From a virus: a stretch of 64,000 nucleotides of DNA. The position numbers and the translations under genes were made by a program. Below, in pieces: positions 35,487 through 45,478 of the stretch (position 1 is its first letter; the number at the start of each line of letters is the position of its first letter). The notes beneath the pieces were generated by a model. The model was not told where the DNA came from. It did no database searches and saw only the letters and a program-made list of their open reading frames with translations. The stretch is from IMG/VR virus record IMGVR_UViG_3300037859_000002, positions 47,212 through 111,211 of that record, one strand, 5' to 3'.

Positions 35487-38400
35487 ATGGACGTGGCCAG
35501 CCTCTCCTTCTCGATCGACAGCGGCCCGGCGGAACGGGCCATCACCTCGCTCGACCGGCTTCGCTCCTCGGCCGACAGCATGGGCCGCTCAAGCGCCCAG
35601 CTGAACCAGCAGTTCAGCCAGGGGGTGCGCTCGCTCACCGACTACCAGCGCGCGACCCTGCTGTTGGGCGAGACCGCGAGCAAGACGGCCAAGAGCCTGG
35701 ACGACCTGGTGGGCAAGATGGATACCCTGACCAGGGGCAGCGTCTTCTCCGGCGGCTCGGGCATGATGGAGCTGCAGAAGCAGCTCGAGAGCATGAGCCG
35801 CCTGTATGGCCAGTCGGCCGCCTCGGCCGAGAACTTCGTGCGCGCGACCCGCGCGATCGGGCTCTCCGCGGGCGAAACCTCGACGGCGCTCCAACGCATC
35901 ACCCTCGCACTCGAGAACGTCACGGCCGAGGGCCGCCAGGCGCGCTCGGTCCTAGAGCAGTATGGCGTGACCCTGAACGGGCTGGGCCTGCGTGACGCCG
36001 AGAGCGTGCTCCGCAATTTCACCAGCAGCGTTCGGGGTTCGCGCGACAGCCTGCAGCGCACCCGCGACATCCAGATGGTCTTCGGCCCCCTGTCGAGCGA
36101 GAGCGCAGACGCGCTCAGTCGCCAGCGGTTTCTCACCGAGGACCAAAGGCGCCGCGATCTCGAGAGCAACGACGCGAGCCGCCGGGCCGCCGCGGCCCGT
36201 GAGCTGGCTTCTGGGGGCGCCTCCTTGGCCGAGCGCAACCGCGCGAGCCTCGAGGCGCTGCGCTCCGACTTCGGCATGCAGGGCCCCGACCTCGGCCGCA
36301 TGTTCCGCTTCGGCCAGAGCGAGCGCGACGTGCTGCTCTCGCGGCGCAACCAGTACGAGGCCTTCCGGCGCGGCGAGGGCCCGGCCCCGGATGGGCTGCT
36401 CAACATCTACGCCAACCAGGCCACGGACCGGATGTTCGGTGGCATCCGGCGCTGGTACGACAATTTCGCCACCGGGGGCTTCGCCGCCCGCCAGGGTGTG
36501 GCCGGGGCCGCCAGCGACTTCTTCAGCGGTGACGTGGGACCCATCACGGGCGCCTATGCGTATGCGTCGATCACGGCGCGAAATCTGCTGAACATGGGGC
36601 CCAGCGACTATGAGGGCCGGCTGCAGCGCGCGATCGAGGAAAATCGCCTGCCCGAGAGTGCCCGCGACCGCCAGATGCGCCGGCTCAGCCAGGCCCAGTC
36701 CCTTCAGCTGATGGGCGACACCGGCATGGCCGGTCTGGTGGCGGCTGAGAGCGCCAACGAGGAACTGGTCCGCAACTACATCCCCACCGCGACGGGCGCG
36801 GGCATCGCCCTGCCCGACGCCCAGCGGCGCTTCAACCGGATCTACGGCAGCAACGCCTTCCGCGGCTCGGTCGCGGCCGATCCGTCCATCGGTTTCGACT
36901 ACCAGGCGCGCCTGCAGGGCGGCAACCTCGACAGCGTCGGGGCCTTCCAGCGCCGGCTGTTCGCCGCGCAGTACGCCCAGAGCCTGGGCATCAGCCCATC
37001 GGACTTCGATCTCGGCGGCGAGAACCTGTTTACCCAGGGGGAATCCGACGTCTTTGGACGGCTCTTCGCGAGCCAGACCTCGGCGCCGATCCTGCGCCAG
37101 TCCAACACCCAGCGTCGGCTCTCTGAGAATGTCGGGGGTGCCGTGCGCGGCGGCTTTAACCGCGGTGAGCGGGGCGCCGCGATCGAGGACCTACAGACCT
37201 CGGAACTCGCCTACCAGCAGGTGCTCGAGCAGACGGGCGATCGCGTGCGCGCCCTGGCCGTGGCCGAGAACGAACTGGCCCAGGCGCGGGATCGGCGCCG
37301 CACCGCCGCGGTCGCCACGATCGCCCAGATGAAGGACGAGGCCGAGGCCGCCGAGACGCTGGCTCGCGCCCTGGGCGGCTTCCCCGGTTCGCAGGCGGAC
37401 GTTGCGCGCGGCTACCGCGCCCAGCTGGGCATCGAGACCCGCCGGCGCTTCGAGGCCAACCCTCTCGAGGGGACAGAGGACGAGATTCGCCAGCGCCTGG
37501 CGCGTCGGGACACCGGGCAGTTTCTCATCCAGGGCCAGGGCCGGATCTCGGATCTGCGTGGCCAGGCCGAGATCAGTCGCGCCCTGCTCGCGGCCGTGCC
37601 GCGAGGGAGCCTCGCGGTCGAGGACGCCCAGCGCAACGCGAGCATCGACCGGGAAGAGGCCCAGGGCCTGGCCCGGGCTCGCGCCGCCGGCGACGTCGAG
37701 GCCGAGCAGGCCATCCGGTCGTACATCGCCTCGCTGCGCGAGCAGTCTCAAGCCACCGCCGAGGCCGGTCGCGCGGTCGCGACCCTGACGTCCCAGATGC
37801 GCGTCCTCGCCTCGATCGAGACCTCCAACGAGCTCGCGGGCATGAACCAGGGCCAGCAGCAGCGCGAGCAGTTCGTGCTCAACCAGGCGCGCGGCCGCGC
37901 CGGATTGGAGAACGCCACGCCCTCCACGGTGCCGCCCGAAGTGCGCGCCGAGCTCGAGGCCCTCTACGAGGCCCAGAGGCGGCCCGGGAACCGTGTCGCC
38001 ATCGACAACGCGCGTCAGCGTGAGGCCCTGGCCCGCGCCGGGGTCGCCCCCACGGGCGCGGGCGCCGCAGCCGCCAGGGCGCGTGTGGCGCGCCAGTTCG
38101 CGATCGGCACCCAGGGCGAGGATCCGGCCGTTGCCGACGCCAACTACCGGGCCGCCCTGTCCGAAATCGGCTCGGGCGTCGCCGGCTCGGGCGTCCAGGG
38201 GATCTTCCAGACAGAGCAGGACACGCTGGCGCGCGCGCGGCGCACCAATGCGCTGCTCACGCGCGGGCGCGCGGGTGCCGCGATCGAGGGCATCGACGCC
38301 CAGGTGGCCCAGCGCATCGCCCTGGGCGGGGCCGCCGCGGGGCAGGGGCCGGCCCTGCGGGGCGCCCTGCTCGGGAACCTGGTCGAAAGCGAGCGCGGCG

Positions 38401-39548
38401 GCATGGCCGAGCGCACGGCCGGTCTGCGCGAGGAGCTGGAAAACCGCCGGGCGCTCACCGAGGCCGAGAAGCAGGGTGCCGCCGCGGTCGAGGACCTGGC
38501 GCGCGCCCAGCAGGTGGCCCGCGAGGCCGCGGTGCTGCGTGCCGCGGCCGAAGCCACGGGCAACGCCCAGATCCGACAGACCGTCGAGGCCCTGATCGCC
38601 GAATACACGCGCCTGGGCAACGAGAATGCCCGGGCCGGCCGCAGCCAGGGCGCCGTCCGCGAGGAGCGGGCCGAAAACAACGAACTCGAGGTGCTGCAGT
38701 TCCAGCGCGCCAACCAGTACCGATACTCGCGCTCCGGCCTGGCCGGCGAGGTCGGAGCCCTGCGCGCGAGGCAGCGTTCGGAAAACGCGGGCCGGACCCC
38801 GGAGGAGACCGCGGCATCGGAGGGTCGGGCCCGCCAGATCGAAACCGCCCGCGAAGAACTGCGCCTCACCCAGGAAATCCGCGACAGCTACCTCCAGGTT
38901 GGCCAGGCCATCAGCCAGTCGGCCGAGATCGCGATCATCAGGGGGCGCAACGCGCGCGACATCTGGCAGGGCCTGGGCGAGACGATCCAGCAGATCATCC
39001 TGCGCTCGACCTTCACCAAGCCGCTCGAGCGCGGCATCGAGAGCATCACCGGCGCGGGCTTCGATTTCATCAGCCGGCAGTTCTCCGGCGGGTCCGGCAG
39101 CAGCGGGGGCGGCATCTTCCAGAGCATCGCCAGCGCCGCGCTCTCGCTCTTCGGGTCGGCCGAGGGCAACGCCTTCGCCTCGGGTCGGATGATCCGCATC
39201 CACCCCTTCGAAAAGGGCGGCCTGCCGACCAACAGCGTGATTCGCGAACCCATGACCTTCGACATCGGTGCCGCCGGCGAAGGGGGAAAGCCCGAGGCGG
39301 TGATGCCCCTGGTGCGTATGCCCAGCGGCATGCTGGGTGTCCGCGCCGGCGGCGGCGGCGGTGGCATTGTCGTGGCGCCGACCATCAACGTCACCGCGCC
39401 GGCCGGTCAGAGCGACGCGATGAACGAACGCCAGAGCCAGACCATGGGCCGAGAGATCGCGAAGTCGATGAAATCGCTGGTCCTGGACGTGATGCGCGAA
39501 GAGGGTCGGCCCGGGGGCATGCTCTACGATAACGGGGCGCGCCGCTGA
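35487..39548 (+). CDS. tape measure protein
   Basis: 1353 aa, helical and Ala/Arg-rich; C-terminal AGEGGKPEAVMPL...LGV. Confidence 0.92.
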   Translation: MDVASLSFSIDSGPAERAITSLDRLRSSADSMGRSSAQLNQQFSQGVRSLTDYQRATLLLGETASKTAKSLDDLVGKMDTLTRGSVFSGGSGMMELQKQLESMSRLYGQSAASAENFVRATRAIGLSAGETSTALQRITLALENVTAEGRQARSVLEQYGVTLNGLGLRDAESVLRNFTSSVRGSRDSLQRTRDIQMVFGPLSSESADALSRQRFLTEDQRRRDLESNDASRRAAAARELASGGASLAERNRASLEALRSDFGMQGPDLGRMFRFGQSERDVLLSRRNQYEAFRRGEGPAPDGLLNIYANQATDRMFGGIRRWYDNFATGGFAARQGVAGAASDFFSGDVGPITGAYAYASITARNLLNMGPSDYEGRLQRAIEENRLPESARDRQMRRLSQAQSLQLMGDTGMAGLVAAESANEELVRNYIPTATGAGIALPDAQRRFNRIYGSNAFRGSVAADPSIGFDYQARLQGGNLDSVGAFQRRLFAAQYAQSLGISPSDFDLGGENLFTQGESDVFGRLFASQTSAPILRQSNTQRRLSENVGGAVRGGFNRGERGAAIEDLQTSELAYQQVLEQTGDRVRALAVAENELAQARDRRRTAAVATIAQMKDEAEAAETLARALGGFPGSQADVARGYRAQLGIETRRRFEANPLEGTEDEIRQRLARRDTGQFLIQGQGRISDLRGQAEISRALLAAVPRGSLAVEDAQRNASIDREEAQGLARARAAGDVEAEQAIRSYIASLREQSQATAEAGRAVATLTSQMRVLASIETSNELAGMNQGQQQREQFVLNQARGRAGLENATPSTVPPEVRAELEALYEAQRRPGNRVAIDNARQREALARAGVAPTGAGAAAARARVARQFAIGTQGEDPAVADANYRAALSEIGSGVAGSGVQGIFQTEQDTLARARRTNALLTRGRAGAAIEGIDAQVAQRIALGGAAAGQGPALRGALLGNLVESERGGMAERTAGLREELENRRALTEAEKQGAAAVEDLARAQQVAREAAVLRAAAEATGNAQIRQTVEALIAEYTRLGNENARAGRSQGAVREERAENNELEVLQFQRANQYRYSRSGLAGEVGALRARQRSENAGRTPEETAASEGRARQIETAREELRLTQEIRDSYLQVGQAISQSAEIAIIRGRNARDIWQGLGETIQQIILRSTFTKPLERGIESITGAGFDFISRQFSGGSGSSGGGIFQSIASAALSLFGSAEGNAFASGRMIRIHPFEKGGLPTNSVIREPMTFDIGAAGEGGKPEAVMPLVRMPSGMLGVRAGGGGGGIVVAPTINVTAPAGQSDAMNERQSQTMGREIAKSMKSLVLDVMREEGRPGGMLYDNGARR

Positions 39549-40258
39549 TGGCGCTCGCCGCCGGATGGCTCGACATCAACGTCGGGGCCGTGATCGAACT
39601 GTTCACGCTCGACGACAGTGAGATCGGTGGCTCCCTGCTGTTCCACTGGGCGCCGGGCCCGATCGATGGCCAGCCCGTGATCTTCGACGCCGTGACCTAC
39701 AACCCGGTGCCGATCGAAACCGATGGCTTCGACTACAACGGGCGCGGCAAGCAGCCGATGCCGCGCCTGCGGATCAACAACCTGGGCGGCGTCGTCGTCA
39801 GCCTCCTCCCCGATATCGACGGTCTGCTGGGCGCCAAGATCACCCGCAAGGTCACGCTCGACCGCTATCTCGACGGCCGGCCCGGGGCAGACCCGACGGT
39901 CTTCGCGATCGATGTCTTCCGGATCGAACGCCTGGCCAAGCAGAACCGTACGATCGTCGAGTGGGAGCTCACGGCCGCCACGGACCAGGAGGGCCGACGT
40001 CTGCCCGGGCGCCAGATGCTGCGCGACACCTGCGGGCGACGCTACCGGCGCTGGAACGGCAGCGCCTTCGACTACACGAAGGTCAGCTGCCCCTACAACG
40101 GGGCCAGTTACTTCAACGCCAAGGGCGAGAGCACCGTCGATCCCGCGGCAGACAAGTGCGGCAAGTTGCTCGCCGACTGTGCGAAGCGATTCCCGAACGA
40201 GCCGCTGCCGACCTGGGCCTTCCCGGGCATGGCGCGCGTGGACCTCAAGAGCCAATGA
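39548..40258 (+). CDS. lambda gpL-like minor tail protein
   Basis: IELFTLD, PMPRLRI, C-terminal Cys cluster DKCGKLLADCAKRF. Confidence 0.9.
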   Translation: MALAAGWLDINVGAVIELFTLDDSEIGGSLLFHWAPGPIDGQPVIFDAVTYNPVPIETDGFDYNGRGKQPMPRLRINNLGGVVVSLLPDIDGLLGAKITRKVTLDRYLDGRPGADPTVFAIDVFRIERLAKQNRTIVEWELTAATDQEGRRLPGRQMLRDTCGRRYRRWNGSAFDYTKVSCPYNGASYFNAKGESTVDPAADKCGKLLADCAKRFPNEPLPTWAFPGMARVDLKSQ

Positions 40259-40962
40259 TCATTGACGCCGGGACGCTCGATGCCATCCGCGAGCACGCGA
40301 TGTCGAGCTATCCAAACGAGGCCTGCGGCATCGTCACCAGCGTGGGCTTCGAGCCCAAGACCAACGTGGCGGCCGATCCGCTCAAGGCCTGGGCCATGGA
40401 TCCGGCCGAGGTCGACTACGATAGCGTGCTGGGCGTCGTCCACAGCCATCCCGACGGGCCGGACTGGCCGAGCGCGCTCGACATGCGCGGCCAGATCGCC
40501 ATGGACGTGCCCTACGGCCTGATCTGCTGCACCGCAGAGGCGACGACCCCGCTCTGGTGGTGGGGCGCCTCGATCGAGCGGCCCCCGCTGCTGGGTCGCC
40601 CCTTCCGGCACGGCCCCTCTGGCTCCGATGGGCGCGGTGACTGCTATGCCCTGATCCGTGACTACTATCTGGCCGAGCGGGGCGCCCACCTGCCGGAGTT
40701 TCCGCGCGACCAGGACTGGTGGCTGGACGGTGGCAACCTCTATGTCGACGGCTTCGGGCAGGCGGGCTTCACCGAAGTGGGAGGCGATCCCGCGCCTGGC
40801 GACGTCCTGCTGTTCAAGATCCGCTCCGAGGTCTCCAACCACGGGGCCGTCTACCTGGGCAACGGCCTGATCCTCCACCACACGTTCCAGCGGCTCTCAC
40901 GACGGGAGCCGCTGGGCAACTGGCGTTTCCTGGTCCAGAAGATCCTGAGGTACGGCGAATGA
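40255..40962 (+). CDS. lambda gpK-like protein (JAB + NlpC/P60)
   Basis: YPNEACG, HSHPDG..PS..D, DCYALIRD, NHGAVYLG. Confidence 0.92.
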   Translation: MIIDAGTLDAIREHAMSSYPNEACGIVTSVGFEPKTNVAADPLKAWAMDPAEVDYDSVLGVVHSHPDGPDWPSALDMRGQIAMDVPYGLICCTAEATTPLWWWGASIERPPLLGRPFRHGPSGSDGRGDCYALIRDYYLAERGAHLPEFPRDQDWWLDGGNLYVDGFGQAGFTEVGGDPAPGDVLLFKIRSEVSNHGAVYLGNGLILHHTFQRLSRREPLGNWRFLVQKILRYGE

Positions 40963-41669
40963 TGCGGACGGTCCATCTCTACGGTGCCGCGGGTCGTCGT
41001 TTCGGGCGCCAGCATCGCTTCGACGTCGAAAGCCCGGCCGAGGCCACGCGCGCCCTGATCGCCAACTTCCCCGAGATCCGGCTGCTGATCGCCGACCTCA
41101 GCTGGCAGGTCATCCGAGGACCCCGTCGCCGCGGCGACGTGATCGACGAAACGCGCCTCGGCTGGCGCGGACAGGGCGACTACCACTTCGTGCCCATGCT
41201 GGCCGGCGCCGGTGGCCGTGGAGGCACGGGCAAGATAATCCTCGGCTCCGTGCTGCTCGCGGCCGCCCTGATTCTGGCCCCGCCCGTCGTGGGTGCCCTG
41301 GGTCCGACCCTGGGCATGGCTACGTCGATCGTCTCGGTCGCGGGCCTGACCCTGACCTATGGCGGCGTCGCGACCTTCGGGCTCGGCCTGATCCTCACCG
41401 GGGTCGTTCAGATGATGACGCCCCAGCCCAAGCGCCGTGAGACCCAGACGGCGGCGGCGAACCAGAGCTTCGGTTTCTCCGGGCCGGTCAACATCAACGA
41501 AGAGGGCACGCCCGTGCCCTTGGCCTATGGCAAGTGCCTGACCGGCTCGGTCGTGGGCGCCGCCTCGATCAAGTCCGAGGACTTCGTCTCCGGCCAGCAC
41601 GTCACGACCCCGGCGTTCAAGTACGGGAAGGTGGGCCTGCTCTTCGGCACCGCCGTGGATCGCGAGTGA
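40959..41669 (+). CDS. lambda gpI-like tail assembly protein
   Basis: VHLYG..GRRFGR, SPAEA, FSGPVN..G.PVP..YG. Confidence 0.9.
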   Translation: MMRTVHLYGAAGRRFGRQHRFDVESPAEATRALIANFPEIRLLIADLSWQVIRGPRRRGDVIDETRLGWRGQGDYHFVPMLAGAGGRGGTGKIILGSVLLAAALILAPPVVGALGPTLGMATSIVSVAGLTLTYGGVATFGLGLILTGVVQMMTPQPKRRETQTAAANQSFGFSGPVNINEEGTPVPLAYGKCLTGSVVGAASIKSEDFVSGQHVTTPAFKYGKVGLLFGTAVDRE

Positions 41670-44600
41670 CCAAGCCGTTCGTGCTTGCCGGCGCCGGCGG
41701 TGGTGGCAAGGGCGGCGGCGGCGGCTACGTCGCGCGCGAGGACCCCAACACGCTGCGCTCGAAGTCGACGGCAAAGATCATTGACGTCATCAGCGAGGGC
41801 CCCATCAGGGGCTTCGTCAACGCCGAGCAGAGCATCTACTTCAACGGCGCGCAGCTGAAGGACAGCACCGCGCACTACAACTTCCGCGGCGTCAGCCTGG
41901 CGCTCATGCAGGGCCTGCCCGACCAGGATCCGTGCCCTGGCTTCGAGGCCGTCGAATCAGAGGTTTCGGTCGGTCAGAAGGTCGTGGTCGCGACCCCGGT
42001 CATTCGCAGCTTCACCAAGCCCGAGGCGACGGCCGTGCGGGTGACCGTCAGGATCCCGTCGCTCTACTACAGCACCGACAAGGGCGACCTGATCGGCAAC
42101 GCCGTGAAGTTCGCGATCGAGGTGCGCCGCACCGGCTCGGGCACCTGGTTGCGCCCGGTCGAGGAGACGATCTCCGGCAAGTGTACGAGCGCCTATGACC
42201 GAAACTACCGGATCGAGCTTCCCATGCCTGGTCCCAACTGGGACCTGCGGGTCGTTCGCATCTCGGCCGACAGCGACACCACGCGCTCGCAGACCGACCT
42301 GGTCTTTGCCAGCTACACGCTGATCGTCGATCAGCTGGTTGCCTATGCGGACACCGCCTACGTGGCCCTGGCCGCCGACGCCGAGATCTTCGGCAATCAG
42401 ATCCCCAGCCGCTGGTACGAGATCTACGGGCGCATCATCCAGGTGCCCAACAACTACTACCCAGAGAATTATGACCTGACGTGCCCGCTGCTGGGCACCG
42501 CCGACCTGAGCCCGATGGCCACCTCGGGTGGCGCGGGCGTCTGGGTCCGCTCGACCGAGACGCGCTTCATCGGCGCGGTCACCGATGCCAACGCGCCCTG
42601 GGGCCTGGCCCTGGGCATCGGCGCCCAGCCGGCCGCGGTCGGCACCGCCTGGACCATCGAACAGAAGACCGGGGCCGCCCCCGCGGCGGGCGAAAGCTGG
42701 ACCGCGACCATGTGGGTCAAGCGCCAGGCCGACTGCGGGTTCTACGCCTACCTCTGGCTCGCCGCCGGGATCGGCAACTGCGTGGTCGCCAAATTCAACC
42801 TCAACACCGGGGTCGTCGATACACCGGTGACGAACGGCACGCCCAACCAGACGCTGGTGGCCTCCCAGGTGACCGCGCTGGGCAATGGCTGGTATCGCTG
42901 CAGCGCCCGTTGGCAGTTCTCGGCAACACATACGGATGTGAAGCTGGGGATCTACGGCAGCTTCGGCACCGCCGGGTCGGTCACCGGGGAGTTTCGCTAC
43001 GGGGGCGTCGTCTTCGGCAAGACCTCCCTGCCGGTGCACAACTTCTTCTCGAGCCCGGCGGCCAACACCGTGGGCAAGGGCCTGCCCAGCGCGCGCTACT
43101 ACGACGGCGTCTGGGACGGCGGCTTCAAGAGCGAGTGGACCGATAATCCGGCCTGGGTGCTGCACGACATCCTGACCAACACGCGCTTCGGCCTCGGTGA
43201 CCGGATCGTGCCCAGCCAGGTCGACAAATGGGTGCTCTACGAGGCGGCCAAGCGCAACGACCAGCTGGTGCCAGACGGCTTCGGCGGCTGGGAGCCGCGC
43301 TACACCTTCAACGGCTGGATCACCGACGACGATGACGCCTATCGGGTGGTCGTCGCCATCGCGGCGGCGATGCACGCCATGGTCTTCTGGACCCGCGGCA
43401 CGATCAGCCTTTCCCAGGACGCGCCGCGCGATCCGGTGATGCTGGTCACCAACGCCAACGTGGTGGAGGGCGACTTCCAGTATGAGAGCAGCGCGCTCAA
43501 GGCGCGCCACTCGGCCATCTACACGCAGTGGAACGACCCGACGCTGAACTACCGGGTCGGCACCGACGTCTACGAGGAAGACGGCCTGATCCAGAAATTC
43601 GGTCTGCGCAAGGCCGACATCCGGCCCCTGGGGGTGACCCAACGGGGCCTGGCCCGGCGGCACGGTCGCTACATCGCCTTCACCGAAGCCAATGAGAGCA
43701 AGGTCATCGCCTACAGGGCCGGGCTCGACCACATTGCGATCATGCCCGGCGACGTGGTCTCGGTGCTCGACCGCGACCTGGTGGGCGTGCGCAACGGCGG
43801 TCGCCTCGTGGCCGCGACCACGGGCAGCGTGACCCTCGACGCGCCCACCGAACTCGAGGTCGGTCGCAACTACACCATCAGGGTCGTGATGCCCGACGGT
43901 ACGCTCCAGGAGCGGCCGGTGGTGAACCCGCCGAACATCTACACGGTACTGAGCGTCTCCCCCACCTTTTCGGTGGCACCGGCGCCCAACGCGATCTGGC
44001 AACTGGTCGGCACCGACCTGAAGCCCAAGTCATTCCGGGTGATCTCGAAGGTCCAGGTCGAGCCCCACCTGTTCGAGATCTCGGCCATCAACTACGTGCC
44101 CGAGAAGTGGGACACCATCGAGAACGATGTGGCCTTCGCGCCCGACAGTTGGACCGGGCTGCCGACCGGCTCGCTCAAGCCGCCCACGAATGTCAGCTAC
44201 CTCGACTACATCGGCAGCCGCGGCCTGGCCCCGCTTGCGGGCGTGGCGATCAGCTGGTCGCCCTCGCCGGATCCGCGCACCGCGCTCTACGAAGTCGAGA
44301 TCAGCCGGCCCGAGAACGGTGACATCTACGAGACGCTCGAGAAGACCGCCGGGGTCACATCCGTGGTCGAGAACATCACGGACGTGATCGGCCCATGGCG
44401 CGCCCGGGTGCGGGCCTCCGACGTGCTGGGTCGAAAGAGCAGCTGGGCCGAGCTGGTTTTCGTGCCAGCGGGCTTCAACTTCCTGCCCGACGACGTGCTG
44501 AACTTCCGGGCGGCGCTCAACCGTGGCCGCATCGATCTCTCGTGGGACCCGATCGCGCAGCACGCGGCCGTGCGCTATGACATTCGCTACTCGCCCGTGT

Positions 44601-45472
44601 TCATCGGCGCCACCTGGACCGGCAGTGCCGTGCTGGCCGAGCAGATCGACGGCACCTTCCTGAACGTGCCGGCCGTCGCCGGCACCTTCCTGATCAAGGC
44701 AATTTCGTCGGTCGGTCGCGCCAGCGCCGTCGCCGGAACCGCGGTATTCTCGGGCGACATCAACGTGCTGAACACCGTGCAGGTGTTCACCGAGGAGCCG
44801 GCCTTCGCTGGCACCAAGACGGGCCTGACGGTCTCGGCCAGCCAGTTGCGCCGGACCAGCCTGGCCACGGGTGTCAGCAGCAGCGGCACCTACGACTTCG
44901 GTCTGCTCGACCTGGGCGCAAAGTTCCGCTCCCGCATCACCTACAAGACCCAGACGTCCGGCACGCTTCCCGGCTCGGTGATGGCAAACTGGCAGCCCCT
45001 GGCGGTGGCCGAGCCACTGGCGGGCAACGTCAGTGACCAGTGGGATGGCGTGCTGCTGGTGCGCACCACCGACGACAATCCATCGGGATCGCCCACCTGG
45101 TCGGCCTACCGGCCTGTCGGCATCGAGGAAATCGAGTGCCGGGCCATGAGCTTCCGTTGGGTTCTGACGGATCTCGATGGCTACACCAACGTCGCGACCT
45201 CGAATCTCGAGGTCACCGTCGACATGGATGACCGGGTGATCGGCGCCAGGAACGTCAGCATCGGCGTCAGCGGCGAGACCCTGGTGTTCGATCCGGCGTT
45301 CAAGGCGGTGCCCGCGATCGTCGTCACCCCATACGGCCTCGGCAGCACCGATCGCTATGTCGTCGACAACCAGACGGCCAGCAGCTTCCGCGTCCGGCTC
45401 TTCGACAACGGCGGCACCGGCATCGCCGGCACCATCGACTGGGTCGCCAAGGGCTACGGCATCGAGATCTGA
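41666..45472 (+). CDS. lambda gpJ-like tail tip protein
   Basis: DVISEGPI, WTDNPAW, EPRYTFNG, FN3-like C-terminal part. Confidence 0.92.
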   Translation: MTKPFVLAGAGGGGKGGGGGYVAREDPNTLRSKSTAKIIDVISEGPIRGFVNAEQSIYFNGAQLKDSTAHYNFRGVSLALMQGLPDQDPCPGFEAVESEVSVGQKVVVATPVIRSFTKPEATAVRVTVRIPSLYYSTDKGDLIGNAVKFAIEVRRTGSGTWLRPVEETISGKCTSAYDRNYRIELPMPGPNWDLRVVRISADSDTTRSQTDLVFASYTLIVDQLVAYADTAYVALAADAEIFGNQIPSRWYEIYGRIIQVPNNYYPENYDLTCPLLGTADLSPMATSGGAGVWVRSTETRFIGAVTDANAPWGLALGIGAQPAAVGTAWTIEQKTGAAPAAGESWTATMWVKRQADCGFYAYLWLAAGIGNCVVAKFNLNTGVVDTPVTNGTPNQTLVASQVTALGNGWYRCSARWQFSATHTDVKLGIYGSFGTAGSVTGEFRYGGVVFGKTSLPVHNFFSSPAANTVGKGLPSARYYDGVWDGGFKSEWTDNPAWVLHDILTNTRFGLGDRIVPSQVDKWVLYEAAKRNDQLVPDGFGGWEPRYTFNGWITDDDDAYRVVVAIAAAMHAMVFWTRGTISLSQDAPRDPVMLVTNANVVEGDFQYESSALKARHSAIYTQWNDPTLNYRVGTDVYEEDGLIQKFGLRKADIRPLGVTQRGLARRHGRYIAFTEANESKVIAYRAGLDHIAIMPGDVVSVLDRDLVGVRNGGRLVAATTGSVTLDAPTELEVGRNYTIRVVMPDGTLQERPVVNPPNIYTVLSVSPTFSVAPAPNAIWQLVGTDLKPKSFRVISKVQVEPHLFEISAINYVPEKWDTIENDVAFAPDSWTGLPTGSLKPPTNVSYLDYIGSRGLAPLAGVAISWSPSPDPRTALYEVEISRPENGDIYETLEKTAGVTSVVENITDVIGPWRARVRASDVLGRKSSWAELVFVPAGFNFLPDDVLNFRAALNRGRIDLSWDPIAQHAAVRYDIRYSPVFIGATWTGSAVLAEQIDGTFLNVPAVAGTFLIKAISSVGRASAVAGTAVFSGDINVLNTVQVFTEEPAFAGTKTGLTVSASQLRRTSLATGVSSSGTYDFGLLDLGAKFRSRITYKTQTSGTLPGSVMANWQPLAVAEPLAGNVSDQWDGVLLVRTTDDNPSGSPTWSAYRPVGIEEIECRAMSFRWVLTDLDGYTNVATSNLEVTVDMDDRVIGARNVSIGVSGETLVFDPAFKAVPAIVVTPYGLGSTDRYVVDNQTASSFRVRLFDNGGTGIAGTIDWVAKGYGIEI

Positions 45473-45478
45473 GGTTCC

